Notes under the pieces: generated by a model
Seen by the model: the letters and a program-made list of their open reading frames with translations, nothing else
Told to the model about the DNA's origin: nothing
Databases searched by the model: none
Part shown: piece by piece, positions 58,401 through 64,000 of the stretch
Layout of the letters: each line of letters opens with the position of its first letter
How positions within the stretch are numbered: position 1 is the stretch's first letter
IMG/VR virus record: IMGVR_UViG_3300037452_000097
Direction: 5' to 3' (one strand)
Length of the DNA: 64,000 nt
From: an uncultured virus (IMG/VR IMGVR_UViG_3300037452_000097)
Taxonomy: Duplodnaviria > Heunggongvirae > Uroviricota > Caudoviricetes
Position numbers and translations under genes: made by a program

Positions 58401-58499
58401 GACGCCGCGGTCTGCACATTCCAGGGCGCGCTGACCGGGGGAGGCTCGACCTACTGCCCGGTTAGTTACAGCGGGGCGGCGTGGCTCGGCGGAGGCTAA
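55416..58499 (+). CDS. large fibre/tailspike-like protein with signal peptide and beta-helix
   Basis: Signal MNRYNRTVWFAVIILIITICARPSYA; LPIANGGTG repeats; FNVRTMYGAIPDGSTDNS; YTVAALP tip motif. Confidence 0.7.
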   Translation: MNRYNRTVWFAVIILIITICARPSYAGNAPSYTPATTPYTGTELWYCDQAATDKSCSVTNIATFAYLHLSGDCTATLGGAITCLKSNGIAFGALASKTQASLTADVSGLLPIANGGTGTASPGIIAGTNITVTGAWPNQTVNGASGGGVTSAAATFTGGLISVAGSPITTSGTFALTVAGTSGGIPYFSSSTGWASSAALTANAIVVGGGAGAAPAPLGSLGTTTTVLHGNVAGAPTFGAVALATDVSGILPLANGGTGQTSAAAAFNALSPMTTIGDTIYGGAAGVGTRLANGTSGQFLGANTGAAPSWQSPPGGTVTSAAETFTGGIISVAGSPITTSGTFALTVAGTSGGIPYFSSATGWASSAVLTANLPVIGGGAGAAPSVGTVTGNTTKFATSTGAVVTNDCAKWDANGNIIDAGAACGGSGGALISGTPAAPNQAQWTDATHVKGVSQGMFNVRTMYGAIPDGSTDNSTTIAAAFTASNGFATNNIPTVYFDCDTGSTTCTYNYGGSGISPLNPTKPTTIMCAPGVTLNYTGTAHAVDLGPTGLTLATYHTSRYTVQGCRFTGGASYTAGIYVNNYIINTAILYNEFWNFGVSYVGGAASTAATITYDRNVWEPLVDGNFWRDSDGVTRNMVDSHLAINGHFMFSHNANECATSGGVACSISTYGYGVWMFSGWIVNSEIQFHYPDIRLGSCGGGGACGGGEGKWVINNGLEGNPSGPTPQITYGDPGTVGATIPGVVIRNNNIFSTAASGVPNIGPETASSSNFDISGATIENNQFTSAPTGGAPYVKTGPGVNVYVANNFGVGVPLSQASSPPIIDAGFATQKARFGLRSYQNGSPTMANAVAVFDSNGVDLQQGNYHNLASPRICSDGTGSGTAQVCNTAPASDVSGANITLVAGDEIIYKTTTANTGDLTILVDSGSAVHVRKFGGMCVLAADDVLPNVYYPLTYDGTYLEISAPNLKPCGYTVAALPATAALGAVIGNHAYVTDAAVCTFQGALTGGGSTYCPVSYSGAAWLGGG

Positions 58500-58505
58500 A
58501 AGCCA

Positions 58506-60380
58506 ATGCCGCTTAGCGCAAATACGGCGGTTGGGTCTATCTCGGCCTCATCTAATCAACTAATTCTTGTGGCGGACGGGGGTTTCCAGGTTGGGGACTC
58601 CATCATCGTCGAGATCGGCGGCGAAACAGGGGCCGGCCTTCGCGGCACGGTAGGCGTAGGTGGTACATGGCCGGCGCTGTCCTATGCCAATACGGCCGCC
58701 ATGAATGCCGACACGGGCCAGGTTGCCGCAACATACGCATGGACGCAAGACAGCGGCGGCGACGTTTGGCTCTGGTCCCCGTCATGGGCGCCTAACACAT
58801 GGACGGCCCCCGATCCGAACCTCTACTATACGAACAAGGTAAGCCCGAGGGCTCTGCTAGCTACAATCTCCGCAATGAGCGGGGATCGACGCACATTGAC
58901 CTTGAGCCGCTCGGCGGTAGCCGCGAGCACGAATGCAAATGTTTATTTTGACAACGCCGCGGCTTTTGCGAGCCTCTTTGCTAATTCCGCCTCTAACGTA
59001 ACGGTGCCGATTCCTGCGGGAGTGTTCGCCACTTCCGCTAGGCTATTGGTATCTCAAAAGACGGGATGGACTGTGGCAGGGGCCGGCGAGAGCCTGACCA
59101 CAATTCTCAGTCCGAAAGGCACCCAGGGCGCGAATCTGGATTTCTTTCAATGCACGGGGTGCATTGTCCGCGATCTACATCTCCAAGGTAATGCGCGCTT
59201 CAATGGCTATGGAATCGCGACCGTTAGCGGAAATGACCTGGGCGCCGGAATTGGAGGTTATGCACCGGGAGTGATATTCGATCTCAGTACCGGCTGTAGC
59301 GCACAGGACCTAACAATAACCGACGTTTTCCTTAAGGCGGTAGGCACATCATTTTCAACTGACTGCAACGCCTATAGATGTGATTGCGTACTAACAGACG
59401 GCCTCCAGACTTACGTACAATGGATGTTTCAATGGGCGGACAGCACCGGAGGAGACGTCGTAGATTGCTCGGTAACAAGTCCGATTCTAACTGCCGGTTT
59501 TGAGACTTTCCGCTCAACGGGGGTATCGTTCATTCGCCCGGTTGGCGTGAATGCGACTTGCTCCGCGAATAGTTCCGGGAACTTTCTTTTTGACAGCGCC
59601 CTAATCACAATTAGGAGCATGAGCCAATATTCCTCGCTATCGTTTTCTGAGCATAATCCTATCATCAACGTAAACTCAAATATCCAACCTCCAAGCGCCA
59701 CCACCGTACTGGGAGGGACAATTTTAAATCCAACGATTATTCAAGAAGGTTATATTAACGCAAATAACGATAGTTTGCTTGCTATTGTTATAAATTCAAA
59801 CAATCCGAATATTACTATAGAGGCAATTCCTCCGTGGACGGCGAGGACTGCGGATTTTCCGCATAGTTCGGGTTACATCGAAGCCCCAGACTATAGAGCA
59901 CCAAGTCTTCTTCGCGGCGCCGAGGCCGTCAATTCGACCGGGCGTAATACGGTAATAAATGGTCTTCGCGCTGTAGGGGCCGGTGTCCCGGGATGGGGCA
60001 ACCTCAAGATTGCAGCCGACGATGGTTCCGGGAGCATCGTCAACTGCGTTGCGGATTCCGTTATTCCTGGCGTGCGGGAATTTGGAAACGTCACAAATGC
60101 GTGGTTCCTCGCCCGAATTCAGGGCGGGGGCCAAACGCCGATCCAGAGCGATCTCACAGATCTCGCAGGCGCCGCGCTTACCGACCTCGGCGGCGCTACG
60201 GTTATCGATTTGTCAACCGCGCTACCTCTCAATCCTCTCACGGATCTAGCAGGCGCTGTACTTACGGATCTGAGTGGCGCCACGCTTACCGATTTATCAA
60301 CACGCCCGCTTCTTATCGATCCTGCATATATCGTGCAATATCCCGCGCCCGTAAGAATGGTGCAATATCCGACGCATTAA
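58506..60380 (+). CDS. pectin-lyase-fold (beta-helix) virion protein with LTDL repeats
   Basis: DNAAAF...VPIPAGVF...VAGAGESLT; C-terminal LTDLxG repeats. Confidence 0.65.
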   Translation: MPLSANTAVGSISASSNQLILVADGGFQVGDSIIVEIGGETGAGLRGTVGVGGTWPALSYANTAAMNADTGQVAATYAWTQDSGGDVWLWSPSWAPNTWTAPDPNLYYTNKVSPRALLATISAMSGDRRTLTLSRSAVAASTNANVYFDNAAAFASLFANSASNVTVPIPAGVFATSARLLVSQKTGWTVAGAGESLTTILSPKGTQGANLDFFQCTGCIVRDLHLQGNARFNGYGIATVSGNDLGAGIGGYAPGVIFDLSTGCSAQDLTITDVFLKAVGTSFSTDCNAYRCDCVLTDGLQTYVQWMFQWADSTGGDVVDCSVTSPILTAGFETFRSTGVSFIRPVGVNATCSANSSGNFLFDSALITIRSMSQYSSLSFSEHNPIINVNSNIQPPSATTVLGGTILNPTIIQEGYINANNDSLLAIVINSNNPNITIEAIPPWTARTADFPHSSGYIEAPDYRAPSLLRGAEAVNSTGRNTVINGLRAVGAGVPGWGNLKIAADDGSGSIVNCVADSVIPGVREFGNVTNAWFLARIQGGGQTPIQSDLTDLAGAALTDLGGATVIDLSTALPLNPLTDLAGAVLTDLSGATLTDLSTRPLLIDPAYIVQYPAPVRMVQYPTH

Positions 60381-60399
60381 AAAATGGATTTAGGCGAAA

Positions 60400-60714
60400 A
60401 TGCCCAGAGCAATGCGGGACTTTTCGCCGATCTATACGACCGAGCAAGTGGTGCTATCGTTCGATTTCTCGCTCGCGTTGGCAACCGGAGAAACACTATC
60501 GTCGCCGGTTGTATCGATTGTCGTAGTGTCCGGAATTGACACAACTCCGGTATCGCGGCTCATAGGCTCGCCGTCTATTAGCGGCTCTGTCGTAATGCAA
60601 ATGATCGGAACGACTCAAGCCGGTGCGATATATGACGTTATCGCGACGGTAGGGACAAATGCAGGCCAGACGCTAACAACGAACGCGCATTTGGCCAGCC
60701 TTAATGTTGGATGA
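60400..60714 (+). CDS. fibre adaptor-like small protein
   Basis: E...SFDFS..LA.GETL.S...G..G..Y.V...V.T..GQTL. Confidence 0.6.
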   Translation: MPRAMRDFSPIYTTEQVVLSFDFSLALATGETLSSPVVSIVVVSGIDTTPVSRLIGSPSISGSVVMQMIGTTQAGAIYDVIATVGTNAGQTLTTNAHLASLNVG

Positions 60715-62030
60715 CCATTTCGTTTTCTGAAAAACAAATCGCGGCGATGGAGGCGCTGGCGAGCGACGCGCGGTTTGTGTGTCTGTTTGGTGGCGCGCGG
60801 TCCGGAAAAACATTTCTGATCGTTCGCGCGATTATCATGCGGGCGCTCAAGGCTCCCGGGTCCCGTCATTTAATTGCGCGATTCCGGCAAAACGCGGTAT
60901 GGACATCAATTGTCGGCGATGCAAACGCAACGCTATTTGTAGTTGCTGATGAGTGTTTTAACGGGCTTAAATTTGCATCGCACCGGAAGGATGGATATTT
61001 CGAGCTTGAGAATGGCTCAACTATATGGTTGGGAGGGCTTGATGAAAAAGAGCGTATCGACAAAATCCTTGGCCGCGAGTATAGCAGTGTGTATCTCAAT
61101 GAGGCTTCTGAGATACCATATTCAAGCGTGCTGGTTGCTCTCACTCGTCTTGCTGAAGTGCGAGTCGAAATTAAGCAGCGTGCCTATATCGACCTCAACC
61201 CGATTGGGAAATCTCATTGGACAAACCGCATGTTCAATGAGAAGTGCGATCCGCTCACGCGCCAACCGTATAATGTCCCTCGCCGATATGTTAGTGCCCG
61301 ACTAAACCCGATTGACAATATCCATAATCTCTCGGCCGAGTTTATGGCCTATCTCGAAACGCTTCCGGAAAAGCAGCGCAAGCGGTTTTTAGAAGGGGAT
61401 TATGCCGACGAAATCGAAGGCGCTCTGTGGACGTATGAGACAATCGACAGGTGCCGCCTAGATTCGGATGTTGAGCTTCCCGACATGCAACGAGTCATTA
61501 TTGGGGTTGACCCGTCCGGCGCGGCTGGTCCGGAGGACGAGAGAAGCGACGAAATCGGCATTATCGCGGCTGGGTTAGGAACGGATGGAAGGGGATACGT
61601 TCTAGCCGATTATTCCGGGCGGTTTGCGCCGGAAGCATGGGCGCAGCGTGTACTCTATGCCTGGGATAAACACCAGGCGGATTTGGTTGTCGCGGAAAAG
61701 AATTTCGGCGGCGCAATGGTCGAATCCGTAATTCAATCGCAGGCCAATGCTAGAAATATGCTTGGCGTCAAGATTGAGTTGACCGTCGCAAGCCGAGGCA
61801 AAGCGGTGCGCGCCGAGCCGATATCCGCGCTTTACGCGGCCGATCGCGTGCGGCATGTCGGAAGATTTAACGACCTAGAGGAACAAATGCTGGCATTCTC
61901 CCCGGCCGGATATCTAGGAAGCAGATCGCCGGACCGGGCAGATGCGATGATTTGGGCGCTTAGCAATATCCTCGTGGAGGATCAGGATTTCTCCGGCATG
62001 TGGGCAAGGTTTGGCGCGGCGCTGAATTAG
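60711..62030 (+). CDS. terL: terminase large subunit
   Basis: GGARSGKT Walker A, VYLNEASE Walker B, DLNP, IGVDP nuclease motif and SPDRADA. Confidence 0.92.
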   Translation: MTISFSEKQIAAMEALASDARFVCLFGGARSGKTFLIVRAIIMRALKAPGSRHLIARFRQNAVWTSIVGDANATLFVVADECFNGLKFASHRKDGYFELENGSTIWLGGLDEKERIDKILGREYSSVYLNEASEIPYSSVLVALTRLAEVRVEIKQRAYIDLNPIGKSHWTNRMFNEKCDPLTRQPYNVPRRYVSARLNPIDNIHNLSAEFMAYLETLPEKQRKRFLEGDYADEIEGALWTYETIDRCRLDSDVELPDMQRVIIGVDPSGAAGPEDERSDEIGIIAAGLGTDGRGYVLADYSGRFAPEAWAQRVLYAWDKHQADLVVAEKNFGGAMVESVIQSQANARNMLGVKIELTVASRGKAVRAEPISALYAADRVRHVGRFNDLEEQMLAFSPAGYLGSRSPDRADAMIWALSNILVEDQDFSGMWARFGAALN

Positions 62031-62551
62031 GCGTTCGCGCTAGCATGGGCATCGTCGGAATTGCCGCTTGCCGCTTGCGCCGTCAGAAGCCAGCGCTTTT
62101 CGTCGTCCTGTATGGCTAGGCCAGCCTTCTTGAGCCCCATGAGCGTGCCGCGAACGGAATTTTCGCCAAACCCGGTTTCGGCGATAATTTCGGCAATCGT
62201 CAGTGCCGCGGAGCCCGCAAGCAGGTCCGTAAGACGCTTCTTGACGCCTTTGGTGCGCGGTCCCGCGTCCTTGCGGACTTTCTTAGCGGCAACTGGAGCC
62301 TTTGGCGCCCATCCGGCGCCAGCGGCCTTTGCAGCGGCCTTCCGCGCGCGCTTGCGGGCGCCGTTGCCGGCCATTTCTGCGTGAGCGGCCTTGGCAATGC
62401 GCGCACGGCGGGGATCGTCGTCAGGAAGCATAAGCTCGGCGATTTGAGTTGCTGTTTGGGTGCCACTAAGCCTAGCCAACTCGGCTATATCGCGCCGCAT
62501 GGAAGCGCGGCCCGCCTCGAAGATTTCAATATCGCGCATATTCGTAGTCAC
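62027..62551 (-). CDS. basic wHTH DNA-binding protein (moron)
   Basis: Lys/Ala-rich linker plus LTIAEIIAETGFGENSVRGTL..L.K.G; AAGGAG SD and TTGACA upstream. Confidence 0.65.
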   Translation of the reverse strand: MTTNMRDIEIFEAGRASMRRDIAELARLSGTQTATQIAELMLPDDDPRRARIAKAAHAEMAGNGARKRARKAAAKAAGAGWAPKAPVAAKKVRKDAGPRTKGVKKRLTDLLAGSAALTIAEIIAETGFGENSVRGTLMGLKKAGLAIQDDEKRWLLTAQAASGNSDDAHASANA

Positions 62552-62624
62552 AGTTAACTCCTTGTATCGGATGTTGGAATCGATTGGGCTAGATAATATG
62601 CAAAATCGAGATTGTCAATAGATA

Positions 62625-64000
62625 ATGGCGCGCAAAAAGGCGGTTGAATTTACGGCGGTCGGACTTCCAACCGTAGATTCTTATGCGAATGTCGCCGCTA
62701 AACTCGGCATAGACCAGAATAATCTAAGCGCCGGATCGGCTTATAATTTCAATCCTATCTCGCGCAATCGCCTTCTGGTCGAGCAAGCCTATCGCGGGTC
62801 ATGGATAGTCCGATCTGCGGTCGATTGCGTTGCCGACGATATGACCCGTGCGGGGCTTGATTTGATCGGGGACATAGACCCCGGCGACATTGAGAAGATC
62901 CAGACCGAATTGAAGGCCGCGCATGTTTGGACGGCGATTAACCGGACAATTAGATGGGCGCGCTTGTACGGCGGGGCAATTGCGGTAATTTTGCTTGAGG
63001 GCCAGGATTTAAGCACGCCGCTGCGAATCGAAACGGTAGGTCTAGGGCAGTTTAAGGGGCTTGCGGTCATTGACCGGTGGATGCTGCAACCGCTGCTATC
63101 AGAGCTGGTTACCGACTACGGTCCCTATGCCGGCCTGCCAAAGTTCTACGATATTACGGTAACGAACGGCCCTATTCCGCCGCAACGAGTACATTTCTCG
63201 CGTGTCGTGCGGATGGACGGGGACGATCTTCCATTCTTCCAAAAGCAGACAGAGAATCTTTGGGGCCTTTCAGTTCTTGAGCCAATCTATGATCGCTTGG
63301 TTGCCTTTGATAGTACAACGACCGGCGCGGCGCAGCTTGTTTATAAAGCCCACTTGCGTGTGTTGAAATCGCCTGGGCTGATCAAGGCGGTAGCCATGGG
63401 ACAGCCTATGGCCGCGACATTCAAGTCGCGCCTCGAAATGATGCGCTTATTCCAGAGCATCGAAGGCATTACAGCTATTGATAAAGAAGAGGAATTTGAA
63501 ACATATTCCTACAGTTTCAGCGGCCTTTCGGACGTGCTCCTGCAGTTTGCGCAACAGCTATGCGGGGCGCTCGGCATTCCGATGGTGCGTCTGTTTGGGC
63601 AAAGTCCGGCTGGACTGAATTCAACTGGGGAGTCTGACCTTAAAAATCATTACGATATGATCACGGCAAGCCAGGAATCAGACTTGCGCGATCCAATGAC
63701 AAAGCTTTTGAATATCATTCACCGCAGTGTGCTCGGGACCGCCCCAAGCGAGACATTTTCATTCGACTTCACATCGCTTTGGCAAATGAGCGAAAAGGAA
63801 AAAGCCGAGGTTGCTAATGTCACCGCGGACGCGGTCGGCAAGATGGTGGACGCGGCGGTTATCGATCATTCAACAGCGCTAAAGGAGCTTCGGCAATCGT
63901 CGGATTCCACCGGGATCTTTACAAACATCACCGACGAGCAAATTACAGAAGCCGAAAACGAACCGCCGATGCCGGGCTTTGGCGAGCAGTTTGAAATGTC
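62625..64000 (+). CDS. portal protein (DUF1073-like), 3' partial
   Basis: Own translation MARKKAVEF...DSYAN...AYRGSWI.R.AVD..ADDMTRAG...WARLYGG...IPMVRLFGQSPAGLNSTGESDLKNHYD; follows terL. Confidence 0.88.
   Translation, partial: MARKKAVEFTAVGLPTVDSYANVAAKLGIDQNNLSAGSAYNFNPISRNRLLVEQAYRGSWIVRSAVDCVADDMTRAGLDLIGDIDPGDIEKIQTELKAAHVWTAINRTIRWARLYGGAIAVILLEGQDLSTPLRIETVGLGQFKGLAVIDRWMLQPLLSELVTDYGPYAGLPKFYDITVTNGPIPPQRVHFSRVVRMDGDDLPFFQKQTENLWGLSVLEPIYDRLVAFDSTTTGAAQLVYKAHLRVLKSPGLIKAVAMGQPMAATFKSRLEMMRLFQSIEGITAIDKEEEFETYSYSFSGLSDVLLQFAQQLCGALGIPMVRLFGQSPAGLNSTGESDLKNHYDMITASQESDLRDPMTKLLNIIHRSVLGTAPSETFSFDFTSLWQMSEKEKAEVANVTADAVGKMVDAAVIDHSTALKELRQSSDSTGIFTNITDEQITEAENEPPMPGFGEQFEM

Noticed and set aside
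62625..64000. Anti-CBASS Acb1 label sometimes attached to this family
   Set aside because: Position after terL and the motifs indicate a portal protein; no HxT phosphoesterase domain was seen in the available part.
1..64000. Genome-wide stop codon reassignment
   Set aside because: TGA, TAA and TAG all terminate clearly conserved genes; only one in-frame TGA case was noticed.

Overview
The window is the DNA of one temperate tailed phage with a contractile-type baseplate. No host genes are recognisable. GapR-like and GcrA-like genes suggest an alphaproteobacterial host (inference). The order is: tape measure, baseplate and fibres (1-18.7 kb); lysis and accessory genes (18.7-24 kb); a leftward early arm with a tRNA-Thr, a probable attP and a tyrosine integrase (24-41 kb); a cI/cro switch (41-41.7 kb); a rightward early arm with methyltransferases, HNH nucleases, a VapE-type helicase and a likely origin (41.7-53 kb); then terS, fibre-like genes, terL and a partial portal (55-64 kb). 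Continuity across the att region suggests a non-integrated, circularly permuted genome. The most unusual observations are: (1) two promoter-linked, antisense tRNA-like RNA elements with identical ends and unrelated middles, each followed by an unannotated micro-ORF, one with an in-frame UGA; (2) copies of the integrase 3' end at gene junctions downstream of int; (3) signal-peptide-bearing fibre-like proteins, one of them lying between terS and terL; (4) a C5 methyltransferase apparently split over two overlapping frames; (5) tandem paralogous tape measure genes; (6) a holin-like gene nested in frame in the endolysin. All family assignments come from motif recognition by eye, not database searches.
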